Below, in pieces: positions 12,975 to 26,153 of a stretch of DNA of 64,000 nt. The DNA lies in the NCBI RefSeq assembly GCF_006345805.1, contig NC_042998.1:179800001-179864000 (forward strand), in the 5' to 3' direction. The stretch comes from Octopus sinensis. Taxonomy: Eukaryota. The translations under genes and the position numbers were made by a program. Position 1 is the first letter of the stretch. Each line of letters opens with the position of its first letter. The notes under the pieces are model-generated. The model ran no database searches, had not been told where the DNA came from, and worked only from the letters and a program-made list of their open reading frames with translations.

Positions 12975-14324
12975 GTATACGGATACACACGCAAAGATAT
13001 TTTCTTGTTATTGTTGTTGAGGGATTGTTTGTAATGAGGTGAATGTACCGCAATGGTATTATTTGTGCACCAAACGCAAACTGTTCAAGAATTCGAAAAA
13101 CTAATGTGTAGGGAAAGTTAGATAGGTTCGAATTGTTGTTACTACAAATATACTTATACTAAACAAACATGTTTTTCATTCGAGCCAACGAAGGAGGGAG
13201 TCAGTCAGTTGTCTGCAAATCACGCCCTATTATCTAAGAAGAAAGGAAGTGCTCATGACATGATGTAGTCCTCCTAGTCACGCAGTACGTAGAAGACAAA
13301 AAATGGGATTGTATATAATAGGAACACATGCCTACGCATTGACTACCTAGGGCTAAACAAAAATAACAAGTCGTTGTTTAACCCAAGGACAAGCTGTTGT
13401 TCATTCTCCTTTACTTTAAAAATCGTCATACAAGAAAACTGTATTACTCTGGCTATAAAGTTATGTATTGATCAGACGGTTTTGTATTACATGTCCCGAT
13501 CATGTTCAGGTGGCATAGAAATCAATAAAATAAGTCAACGAGGCAATCTGCACGTGGTTACTCGACCTGCTTGAAATAGCAACCAAATCTTCTTCGAACT
13601 ACACCGTATCCCATATACATAAATGTAAATAGACTAAACCATGTAGTCCCGGTTACACTGTGAGTGAATAAATGCGAAAGGCCATTGATAGAATGTATTT
13701 CACTACAGGTTCTTTTCCATCAAGGTTAACGAATTTAGTCACAAATATTCTTCAGAAGAGCATGAGCACCACAGAACCGCATCTTTTTTTTTGGTTTTTT
13801 TCTTTAATTTTTTTTTTTCATTTGCAGAGTCTTTAGAAGATCGGACAAAATATCGTGCGGTGATATTTTTTGCGGCGGCGCATCACGTTCTAATTTCAAA
13901 TCCCGCCGACTCCAGTTTTGCCTTTCATCCTTTCGGAGGATGCCGACAAAAAAACCAATGGTTGATGTAATCGCTCAAGACCCTCGCTCCCAAACTGCAG
14001 GCCCTGTGCCTAAATTAGAAATAACCTTTATAATCTGAGTTTAATTCTTTAGGATCAACATCGATTGATAGACAAAGGGATGTCGTTGACTGTAATGGCA
14101 GAAGTTGAGAATTACTAATACGTTACTCACAGGCCAGAACCTCACAGTTCTCCACCAGCTTTAATTAGTGTCTGATAGTAATGGCATGGTTGCTATGACA
14201 ACGGAAATGTATCCCCTTGTTTTATGCAAAATGCATTTGTTTATTCATAGCATTTTTTAGAAAGAAGACTTAAGTCCTGACGCATTAAACAACCCAGATC
14301 ATGTCCTAGTGCAACTTTTATTTT

Positions 14325-14562
14325 TTATTCTCTATCTTGTTTCAGCCAGTTGACTGCGGCCATGCTGGGGCAACGCACTGAACGGCTTTTAGTTAAACAA
14401 ATCGATCCGAGGACTTATTTTTAAAGCCTAGTACTTATTCTATCGGTCACCTCTTGCCGAACCGCTACCTTACGTGGACCTAAATACACCAGCACCGGTT
14501 GTCAAGCGGTAACGGGGAGGACAAACACAGACACAAACACACACACATACATACATACGTAC

Positions 14563-14601
<39 letters not shown>

Positions 14602-14742
14602 CGACGGGTGTCTTTTAGGTTCCGTCTCCCAAATCCACTCACAAGATTTCGATCGACTCGAGGCTACAGTAGAAGACCCTTGTCCAAACCTGGAACCGTG
14701 TGGTTGGAAAGCAAGCTTCTTACCACACAGCCACGCCCGCGC
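14325..14742 (-). mobile_element. SINE family A with small internal deletion
   Basis: Collinear with other copies; lacks the gtgccacgcagtgggactgaa segment. Confidence 0.88.
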
Positions 14743-14973
14743 TGCTATAACAAAAATAAAAGTAAAACTTATTGATTTGTTATTCGATAAGAAATTTCTT
14801 CGGAATTGTTATCCACATCAGAAAAATGTTTACCGGTATTTCATTCTACTCTACGTTCTGAGTTCAAATGCCACCGAGGTCGACTTTTCCTTTCGTCCTT
14901 TCGGGGTCTAAGTACCAGTTGAATATTGAGGTGACTATAGCTGGCCTTATGTCAAAATTTAAAAACCAATATA

Positions 14974-15213
14974 TTGGGTTGACCGGAAAGTTCGTGCCGA
15001 TTTATTGTAGCTTACCTTTCGACATATTTTAGAACATGGTTAAGTCCATAGAATAGGATTTCTGGAAAGAGGGTATTTTCAAGTTAAAGGAAAGATGGAG
15101 ACGCATTGTGCAACAAAATGATTCATATTTGGTTGATTAAAAATATAATGGCAATTATTTATTGACTTTTTTCTTTCCTTTAAGAATCGGCACGAACTTT
15201 CCGGACATCCCAA
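14974..15213 (+). mobile_element. Mariner-type MITE (240 bp) with TA target duplication
   Basis: TIRs TATTGGGTTGACCGGAAAGTTCGTGCCGATT and its reverse complement (29/31 identical including TA). The interior encodes a transposase C-terminus, DFWKEGIFKLKERWRRIVQQNDSYFG* (from 15057). Confidence 0.9.
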
Positions 15214-15284
15214 TATAATATAACAGATTTTAAACTTGCAAAACATATAACCGAAAACTTAAATAACGCAACGTGTAACTGGTA

Positions 15285-15390
<106 letters not shown>

Positions 15391-15421
15391 ATATATATAT
15401 ATATATATGTATGTATATGTA

Positions 15422-15480
<59 letters not shown>

Positions 15481-17476
15481 ATGTATGTATATATATATAT
15501 ATATATATATATAGCGGTGTGTGTGTGTGTGTTTATGTCCATATATGTTTACTCATATATGCATGTGCATGTGTGTATGGATGAATGGATGGATGGATAG
15601 CTGATGCAACTGATAACTCATCAACAGGATTGATCCGAATTGACCAGTAATAATAGTGATCAATAGAATGATCGTCATTATTACTGGTCAATGTATCAAG
15701 CCTCCTGGCATGTCCGTAGTGTACTGGATTGCATACATACGGCATATACCTTCTTATCTACTTAATGCAATACTCTTATTGTCACAATTATTATTATCAT
15801 TATTATTATTATTAATATTGTTTCATCCGCCACTGCCGAAGTCTATGAAATACGTATTAGCCATGTGTGTACAGAGATTTATTCAATTACTTGTATTGTT
15901 TGTTGCCCGCAAGAAATTTTACGGCTTTGTGCCAATGGAAGACAACATTAGGATATCTATAATAATAGCTAAGGTAATTGTGTATAACAGAAACAATACA
16001 AAGCTGGATTAAATAATAGTTTATACTATCGACATTCATTCCTCTACGTGCTTCAATTCAAGTTATATTGGATTCAACTTTTGTCTTTCATTGTTCAAAG
16101 TTTGATAAAATGATAAAATCGACCTACTGGGATCAATTCAACGGGGCGCAGAAACATTGCGGCAGAGTAATAAATCATTATAACAACTACTGTGACAATC
16201 AATTATTGGACAATTATTGATATAAATCACTATCAGCACTAATTATCACAAATGACTAACTCGTCGACTCATTACCACAAAGTAAATAATGAAGAAAACG
16301 ATTATGATAGACTTGTTACGATATATTATTAAGTGGATTGTATAGAAAAGGTCCTTCGCTTAGAACAGACGTTCAACGGGAAAACTGAGATATTGTTGTC
16401 CATGTGATTATCCAAATTGCATAAGTGATAAATAGACAAAATTGGTAGCAGATTCAGTGTTTAGCATATCACTAAATAGTATACTCAGCATTGATTCAAT
16501 GATTACAATGATTACAACAACCAACGAATTGTTAGAGGCTACGTTTTTTCATTTAGGTGTTACAGAAGTTAATATACAATAGCTAGGTAACTGATTCTAT
16601 ACGCGTTATGAAAGTTCTGTCCGAGATGAAGTGAAAAAGAAAGGAACAGATACAGGTATCGGAACAAAAAAATGAAGTCAGATTATGTAATGCTCATCGC
16701 ATGATTCATGAGAATTACCAAAATGAGCAAGAATAATATTTGCAATTGGGAATAAATTCTAAGTCGAGTAGCAAAGTTTACCGTAACTTTTCGCAGCACG
16801 TTTTGATACACAAACACACACACACATATGTATATATTCTATATACATATGCATATATGTAAATATATATACATATAAATACATGTGTATATATAATATA
16901 TATACATATATATATATATATAATATATATATATATAATATATATATATATATATAGTATATATATATATATATATACATATATAAGTATGTATATATAT
17001 ATACATACATACATAAGTAAATATATATATAAACATACATATATAAGCATATATATACATGCATATATATATTTAAGTATATATACATACATACATATAT
17101 ATGTAGATCTATATATATATGTATATATATATATATATATATACATCATAAGAATATATTTGTATGCTTGTGCATATATATGTACGTGATTATATTATAT
17201 ACTTGTATATGTATACATATGGATGTAGATATACAAATATTCAAATGCATTTACTCGTCTATATATATAGATGTAAATATACTTATACACACACATGTGC
17301 GGTGTGTATGCATATATTTGTGTGAATGCCTCTTATATGTATAAATGTATGTATAAATGCACTTGTTCATATACATATATGTTTATTTATATGCTTTTAT
17401 ATATATATTTTATATTTGTTTTGGTACTTCGTGTTGTTTACAGTTGGTGACGCCCTGTACCCATATATACATACAT

Positions 17477-17515
<39 letters not shown>

Positions 17516-17526
17516 CATTTATATAT

Positions 17527-17557
<31 letters not shown>

Positions 17558-17914
17558 AATATATATACACAAACACGCACACACACATGCATATATATAT
17601 AATTAAGGATAAAATTGTTATTTAAATATCGATCTTATCAAGTGGCCAGCATGGGAATAAAAAACTTCAAAGGTAATAATTATTATTAAAATTATAGTTT
17701 AGGGTATCTAAGAGATACCACCACGCTGGAAATAGCAGCCGAAACTTGACTCTAAAACTACATTAAATGTGGATATGCAACGAAATTTGCTAGGACGATC
17801 CGGTTCCTGACTGAAGATTAGAGGCTTCGAATGACCCGTCCGTTCTTTGTGTCGTCTCTTTGTGTTTTTTGCGTTCTTGTCCCATGTTGTGTTTTTTATA
17901 TATAATTTTTATAC

Positions 17915-17962
<48 letters not shown>

Positions 17963-19962
17963 CATGCATACCCACAGATATTTAAATACATATTTATTTA
18001 GACAGCTTGTGTAGGCTCCGAAACTTTGTGCTTGTCAACAAGTTATAGCAAAAATATGATTCTATACATGTACGGGCTCCATTATTCAGTTGATGTTCAT
18101 TGTTCTTATGAATTTAGAAACACATCTTTAACAGTCAATCTAACCGTATATATATGCATGTATGTGTGTTAGCGTGCGTGCGCGCGTGTGTGTGTGCGTG
18201 CATGCGTGCGCGTGCTTGTGTGCGTGAATGCATATACCTATAGTGGTGCCCTTAGCGTGTGTGTGTGTATGAGTGTGCCGCTGTTGGTGCATCGTTCACA
18301 CATGTCAGGTGCTTATTTGATCGTAACCAGGCAGAACTTCACTGGTGTGAAATATGATTTCTCCCCTTAAGACATGAATATACATATATCTACATATATA
18401 TATATATATCTGTAATGGGGGAGAGAGAGAGAGAGAGAGATAGAAAGTGAAAGAAAGATAATGTACGCAACATCTATCATCTGTTTTACTTGTCGATATT
18501 CATTCAGCACGTGTTGCCGTCGTCACACCTTCCTCGATGCATATTTTGCCAACTTTTTAGCTAACATGAATTATGTTTACTCCGTTTTCACCTTTTCACT
18601 CGTTCTATATATAAAAACAAAAAAGTTTTGAAAATTACGTCGGAAAGAATCGAATGAGTGTCACTCAAAAGGCGCAGTCCTCCCTGGACTTAAAGATTTT
18701 GATGTGCAGTTTAGTATGGTGAAAGCAAATGATAAGGCTTCTTGCAACATGAATTAACAATACTGTTATTGAGATGTTTGGACACTGCAATGAAATTAGT
18801 AACGTGTAGTTATAAGATTAAATGTATAAATGATAATAGTTCATTACATTATACAAGTCACATATTCTCCGACACGCAACTTCTGTACAGATCATGCTGA
18901 ACATGCTGTCTCGTTAAATAATTAATTAAACCCTGACCTGTCATTCATTAGACGGAAAATAACCTACACCGATCTGTTACAACCACGTAAGTGACATAAT
19001 CAATATCGATTTATAACAAATCTCAATAACTTGATTTCTCGCAATCGGAATGAAGTATTCTTCTTTGGACGATCAGTACCATTTGACTTGAGGAAAGGCG
19101 GGAGGACATGAAAGATAGGGTGGTCATTCATTCCCCAAGAATAATGCTGATATACGTTTATGAATTTGTTTTGCAAGATTCCTGATGTGAAATCGTGTGT
19201 GGAAACAGATATTGTTATATTTCGGGATGGTCATTTTTTTCTTGCCAAATAAACACACGCACTAATATAATTGAAAAGGTTCTGATTGGCAACTGTAAGA
19301 AACTCACGAACTTAGTTTGTCAACGGTTTACCGATAATCGTTGTATATCTAAATAAATAGTAATTTCATTAGCTTCAAAGTTTAGTTTTGGCTCTGGCTG
19401 GTGCATATTGGTAGAAGAAAACTATACAGAATCACTCTTATCCGCTAGAACTAACAGCAAAATTTTCCTCGGAGTACAACACTTAGAAACGTAGACACGT
19501 TAGATAATGTTGCACTAAATATCCCTAAAATGTCGGTATGGCTCAGTATGAATTCTATCGATCATAGATTTACTCGAACAGAGTTTCCTAGGTAGAAAAA
19601 CAACAAAAAGCTGGTAGCTGTTTCATCGATTCTCTAAAATATGAAAGACAAAGTCAATAGAAGCATATTTTGAACTCAGAATGTTGTTTGAATGAAAGTA
19701 AATACGGCGGGACATTTAATCTGGTGTACTTCTGTCAATTCGCCACTTTTACCGAAATATATATTGATTTTTTACACTTCGTGTCATTCACCACGCTAAA
19801 TAACAACTGACATGTTTACTGTTCTGCGACGAAACTATAGAGAGAAAATAACACATAAAAGAACAAACATACATCTACGTTCTAAGATCTCATTTTCAAT
19901 GACTGTATGAACATGTATGAAATACAATCTATCAGAAAGTAATATAATGTAAACAGTCTTAC

Positions 19963-22900
19963 CTTGGGTCCATGTGGTGATTCTAGAAGTTCCGTGCTTG
20001 GTATTAGACAATGATCCAAACTTTGGAGGTACAGTCAAAGAATAACGTAATTCCTCATCCTGGGTATCATGATCTTGGGACTTAAGGACGTCTTCAGACA
20101 AGACGAATCCCATTTTCCCGTTTTCTAATACAGTTAAGAAAGATGCTCCTTCGTTGACAGAAATCAAGGGGATTCCATTGTCAACTTCTTCTATTTCAAT
20201 ATTCATCGTCTGAGGATGACGTTTCGAATAACTGGTACCGGGGAAGACATAGAAATCTGAATGGATTCCGTCTGTTACCATAAAAGAGAAACTATCAGAT
20301 TGTGTGTCGGAACCATCGTGTTGGTAGCTAATTAGGTTGTTAGCGATGTCAGCCTGTGTAAATCTGGTTACGATACGTGAGTAGTTGTGTAAAAGATTTC
20401 CATGAAGCGGCACTTGAGTAATAGTAAATTCAATGTTATTGTCATTTGTATCCCTATCATCAACTTTAAGTTCAGACAAAGTGAGAAGTTTTGAACTACC
20501 TTCGTTTACCCGTAATACATCAAACGTAATCACAGGTTTTTTGTTGTCAACATCGGTCAATGAGATCCTAAAGGTTAACATAACCTGGCTGTATTCATCA
20601 GTCACTTCAAACATTAAACTATCCATTTTCATTTCGTCATTGCTCGTGTGAACGTATATTATTTCATCAGCGGCTAATTCATCCAACGAAAAATTAATTA
20701 TAGGTTCTCCTGGTTTATGTAAGTTTTCCAAATGTCCTCTGGTTGGTGAACGAGTAAGCACAAATTGCAGTTCTTTGTTGTGTATTTTCAAATTTGTTCC
20801 GGTGAGCAAATCAGTGGTCAAGGTAATCCAACCACTTTCGGGAAGTTCAACACCTCTGTTGATTATTTGTTGTGTAACTTCTCTTTGACCTTTGACAGTG
20901 ATATAAAAATACTGGTCAGTCAACATGTTGTGGTTATCAGTAAGATCGAATTTGATAATGTCCCTAACGACATCAGCTCCATTATGTTCATACTGAATGC
21001 GTTTTTGGTCAATATCATACTGAGTGAAATTATCACCTGTGCTGAGGTTACGCAATAAATGTCCATTGCTGATTCGTTGTAGATAGCCATATTTAGGTGG
21101 CCCTCGAACAATATACATGATTGTCTCGTTTTCTGAATCTGGATCTTCAGCTTTAAGATACTTATTAGATATTGTTTTTATTGTTCCGATCTTTTCTATT
21201 TCCAATCCAGTATTGACAGTAAGTCTGGGAGTTTCATCATCAACTAGAATAATTGTAATTGGAAGAGTATTTGTTATATTGTGTTTGCCATCAGTTAGAG
21301 TAAACTTGAAATAATCTTCGGGCGACTCTGAACCGTCATGTTCATATAAAATTGTTGAGTCCTGAACTATATCAGAGAGAGTGAAGTTAGTTATCTTTAT
21401 GGTACCTGCTAGGGTTTGTTTACCAAGAACACCGTGTTTCGGGAGTTCATCAATTACAAAAGTCAATACGTCCTTTGGCTGATCTTTATCTGTGGCATTT
21501 AGAATAGCGTTTTCAATAGTTAGTAACATTCCTTCGGCGACAACAAATTCTCGCATGAAAAGGCGAGGAGTTTCATCGTTTTCTGGTAATATAACTATGG
21601 GGAAAACATATCGTTCTGAAAAGTTTATTCCGTCAGAACACATAATAATAAAGCTATCACTTCGTTCCTCAACACCTTCGTGGAAACTCTGGACATAATT
21701 GATGTTTCCCAGTTGCAAATGCTTATTGCTGAAAGCAGAAATTGGTATTCCTTTTTGTGATTTGCCGCTGATAGGCGCTGGAGAAATATTTTCTAGATAG
21801 CCAAAGTTTGGACGCACGACTAAAGTACAAATAATGTCTTCATCTTCGGTGTCTTCATCATGAACATTAAGGTGAGATGTTAAAATCGGATTCTTTTCAC
21901 TCTCACTAACTGTGTAAATATCTGCAACATTTACAACAGGTAACTTATTATCCACCGGTAAGATTTTGACATCCACTCTTATTTGTTCAACTTTTTGGCC
22001 ACCAACAACGAGACTGTCCGATTCGTCAGTTAGCATTAGTTCAAAACTATCCTTTTCTGGTTTTGTCCCAATCTCGCCTGTAGTGTGTTGATATTTTACT
22101 TTCTTATTAATGATATCTTGTCGTGTAAATTTTTGTGTTAGAATTACTCCTTCCAGAGGATGCTTCGTAATAATAAAGGTAAATTTCCGATCATCCGAGT
22201 CTGTAACGGCTGTTTTCAGAAAGTCCTCTGTTATTACAACAGTACCCATTTCATTGACTTCGATAGAAGTATGTAATAATTCGTTGCCATCTGCAGTTCT
22301 GATAAATTTTGCTTCTTTATTGCCCACATCCGACACGAAGACTTTAACATTCACTGGTAACTTGTGGACACTGTCTGTAACAGTCAAAGAAAATTTGTCC
22401 GAATCTTCTTCGTCTCCGTTGTTTTGATAGAAAATTACTCGATTGATTATATCTTGTTTAGAAAATATTTGTCCGGCGGTAAGGATGTCAACATTTTTAC
22501 GGATAACTCCATGCTTTGGTTCGACTTCAATGATGAAAAATATATCCTTGTCTTTTGTATCATTGTCTTCTGCATTTAAAATATCGGTGGTTATGACAGC
22601 TTCTCCATTTTTTATAACGTGCAAACCGTTGTTTAGAACACGAGGAGGTTTATTACTGACAGAACGAAGTTTTATGATAAATTCCTGATCTTTCAATACA
22701 TTCCCAGATATATCTTGCACATCAAACGTAAATTTCAGGAGTCTGGCAACAAGTCCAAGCTGCTCAGTGGGGTGCTTATAGCAGGCCTTATGGTGGTTCA
22801 GTTGTGACTGAGTAAACGTAACCAGTTTCGACTTCTGTTTGTTGCAGTGAACCAATTCCCCGACGTCCAACAGTGTGTTAGCATTGGTGTCACGGAGGGG

Positions 22901-25243
22901 AGAGGTTATGGTGTAGGTAATCTGACGGTCATCAGAATCATCGTCTGTGTAACGAAGAAACTTCTTTTTAAAAGATGTTAGTTTTGCATCATCTACATTC
23001 ATAAAAAGAGTACTCCGGGAATCTAGGTAAGGTGGTCGATCATCAACAGGGAAGATCTTAAACACAAAATTGTGGAATTGAGATTCATTAGGTGGGTCAC
23101 CGTTATCCACCAGTTTAAATTTCATTTTATCAGTAACAAAATCCGAGTGATGGGGTCCAACATGCCGGTAAAATACTTTCCCGTCAAGGATGTCTTGTTG
23201 AGTGAATTCCCTCACTGGTTTTTCGTATGCTCCATTGACAAACTTCCATCCAGATATATCCTCAGAAGGTGATACCTGAAATTTTCGAAGCAGAAGATGA
23301 CCTTGCTTTGAAAAAGGTGGTTCTGTGATAAAGCGAATGGTACTATCTTCACTGTCAATATCAGATGCACTAAGAACGAATGGTGTGATATCTGCAAGTT
23401 CGTTCTTACGTATTTCTAATCCCGTGTTTACAGTCAATGTCGGGGCCTCGTCATCCAATGCGTAGATAGCAACTGGAAAGAGAAAATCAACTTTATGTGT
23501 ACCATCGGTCATTCTGAATACTATGTTATCACTGAAAGTATCGGAGCCATCATGATTATAACTAACCTCATTATTGTCGAGATCCTTCGGAGTAAAATAT
23601 TTCCTGGGTAAATTGTTTACAAAAATTTGGCCATGAACTGATCCTCGAATAACTGTAATAGTAACATCGTTGATATTATCAACATCCATGATCTGTAAAT
23701 TATCCGCACTTGACAGCACACCTGACTGGCCTTCGAATAACTGGACACCAAAGTTTTTAATAACTACCGGGGCAAGACTGTTCATTTGTCGGACCACCAC
23801 AGTTAGGTTGATGTCTTTCGAAACTGATTTATCACCGTCTATAACTTGTAAAGGAATTTCTATAACTCGACGCTGTTTATCAGAATCTCCAGTTGGAGGT
23901 TTGTAAACGATTTTCAGTTTTTTAATATCTTTTTGTCGAAAAGAATTAATGGGAAGTTCGGGGTCATCTGTTGATATGAGAAATCCTTTCTCGGCAGCAA
24001 GTGGTTCTGTTATGTTAAAAATCAGCTGGTCAGCTGGCGTTTCTGTATCGTAAGCGGCCAAAATTTCCGGTGTGATTGCAGTCATTGCAAACTGGTCAAC
24101 ATCAAGTATTAGGGTACAATCCGAATTAACTTTAGGCGATGAGTTCTTTTTACCAGCTCGAATTTTAATCATTTTATGAAAATATTCCTGCTTGACCAAT
24201 GTCCCGTTTTGGTCAACAGCTTCTACCAATAGCGGAACATAATCCTTCCTCGGGGATTTACTTCTTGCTGTGTGCTGGTATCTTACGTTCGCAAGAAGAA
24301 ATTGGTCGCAGTCCATCATTGTCAAAGTTGTAGTATCGTTGATTATGCGCCCATACTTGGGCAAACCAGTTGCAGGGCTAAGAACGGTCACTTTACATGT
24401 GACTTTGGAAGGGTCATAAGTAAAATGAGTATTACTCTTCGTGAACGGTTGACTGTAGCTGAGTAAGTTCCGAACCGGGAGTGGTAAATTATTAGTGACA
24501 ATTTCCAGGGGTTTGAAAGAAAGTTTTATATGTAAAACAAAAGGAATAATTTTTGTTGCAGTCTCTGTGTCATAGCGTATTTGCATTGGGACGTAATCCT
24601 CCTCGGGGCTCTGACCACCAAAATGGGTGTAAGATACTTGGTATGGCTTAAATTGACAAGGAAACCTTACTGGTGTCAACTTTCCGGGCTTATGCGACAA
24701 ACTGTCCGTTTCTAAAACGCTAATTAGGCAGCGGTCCCCTTTACCAACATGTAATTGTAAATCGCTGTAAGGGTCAATATATACAGTACGTCCATAATTT
24801 ACTTCTATACTTTTCTTTTCAATGAAGATCTCGCTCGATTTTAAAATCCCACTGTCCGCTTTACTGACCTGTGCACTGGCCGAGCCAAAGAACAAGGCAC
24901 TTAACATTGAGATCTGCAATAATAATAATAACATAGCGGTCGTCCTGCTCCTTGTTATCGTCGTTGTATAAGTTGTACTTCTGTGCATTGCAGAGAGCAG
25001 TGCTAAACTAAACAAGTCCCGTCTCAGTGACGGCACAGATGTGTGCGATTTGGTAAGTTTGTTCCCGTCAGCTGAAACGGCTGCTGCTGCTGCTGCTGTT
25101 GGCGTAGTTATTGTTGATATTGTTACCGCTGCTGCCACCACCTCAGTTGCTGCTGTTACACTGACTTTGAAAGCACAGTCGGCGCTGGCCATGTGACTGT
25201 AAGAGTGGGGCAACCATTTGATTGGATTTACCATTGACAACAT
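19963..25243 (-). CDS. FREM2: Giant first coding exon (1,760 codons + 1 nt) of a FRAS1-related extracellular matrix protein, FREM2/FREM3-like (signal peptide, N-terminal FREM domain, tandem CSPG/cadherin-like repeats); gene continues beyond this exon
   Basis: Uninterrupted ORF from ATG at 25243 (AAAATG context). Hydrophobic signal MLLLLLQISMLSALFFGSASA. Repeated CSPG motifs (DxDT..L.F.I..P..G; FTQ.DI....V.Y.H; NDE.P/DD..P linkers). Segments such as LDVDQFAMTAITPEILAAYDTETPADQLIFNIT, NDETPRLFMREFVVAEG, DDETPRLTVNTGLEIE and VDNGIPLISVNEGAS match my recollection of vertebrate FREM2. Homology stops at RITTWTQ, exactly at the donor CAAG|GTAAGA (GT at 19962-19961). The last 42 aa of the 1802-aa ORF are intron read-through. 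Symbol means FREM2-like; orthology is untested. Confidence 0.93.
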
Positions 25244-25635
25244 TTTGTAAACTTTCTCTCTCTTCTTCTCTCTCGCTCTCTCTCTCTCTTTCTTCCTCTC
25301 TCGCTCACGTTATACTATTTACATACTATTTTTGCTTCCACTTTACTTTCAGCTTCCAGCTCCTCCTTTTCTACCTCCTCTTATCATTGTTGCCGTTGTC
25401 AACAAACAAGTATATATATAAAAAAAAAAATAATAATCTTATAACGAGACAGCGAAAAACTCAAGTGTTATGAGGACGAAAGCACTGATTTCAGAGTAAA
25501 ACCGCCGGTCTTTTTTTTTCTTCTCTTTCTGTCTTTCTTCTATATATTCCTTTTACCACTGTTTCGTTTATTCTATCTCTATGAATGCGATTCTCTTTTT
25601 TACACCCTCTCTAGCACTCACACACACGCTATATA

Positions 25636-25686
<51 letters not shown>

Positions 25687-26122
25687 GACGTATACTCTTC
25701 GGCAAAAAGTTGTGAAACTTTCTTACACTGTTTACATCCGTTTATTCTATGCTATCAGATCGACAAGTCCAGCACACACGTAACAATAACATGCATTACA
25801 TTCGAAATTATCAAACTATACGCATCGATAATAATAATAATAATGATAATAATAATAATAATGATAATAATGATAATGATAATAATATGTCAAAATTCTA
25901 ATAACAACAAGGAAAATTCAATGGTTAATTCATAAAATATACATAAAAAACAAACTGTGGCTTATATTCTTACTTGTGTGATAACAAATGATTATCGTAT
26001 TATATAAAATTCTTAATATCATCATCCGTCGTATTGTGTAAACGTGGTAGGGAAGTATGTGTGTGTGTGTGTGTTTGTGTTTGTATATATACGTCGTACG
26101 AAAGAGATTTATATTATATATG

Positions 26123-26153
<31 letters not shown>

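Noticed and set aside
19835-19962. Last 42 codons of the 1802-aa ORF as genuine coding sequence
   Set aside because: FREM homology ends at a canonical donor at 19962; the remainder is intron-like read-through unless RNA shows otherwise.
20433-24466. Short plus-strand and alternate-frame ORFs overlapping the FREM exon
   Set aside because: Expected shadow ORFs of a long coding exon; all about 105 aa or shorter with no recognisable motifs.
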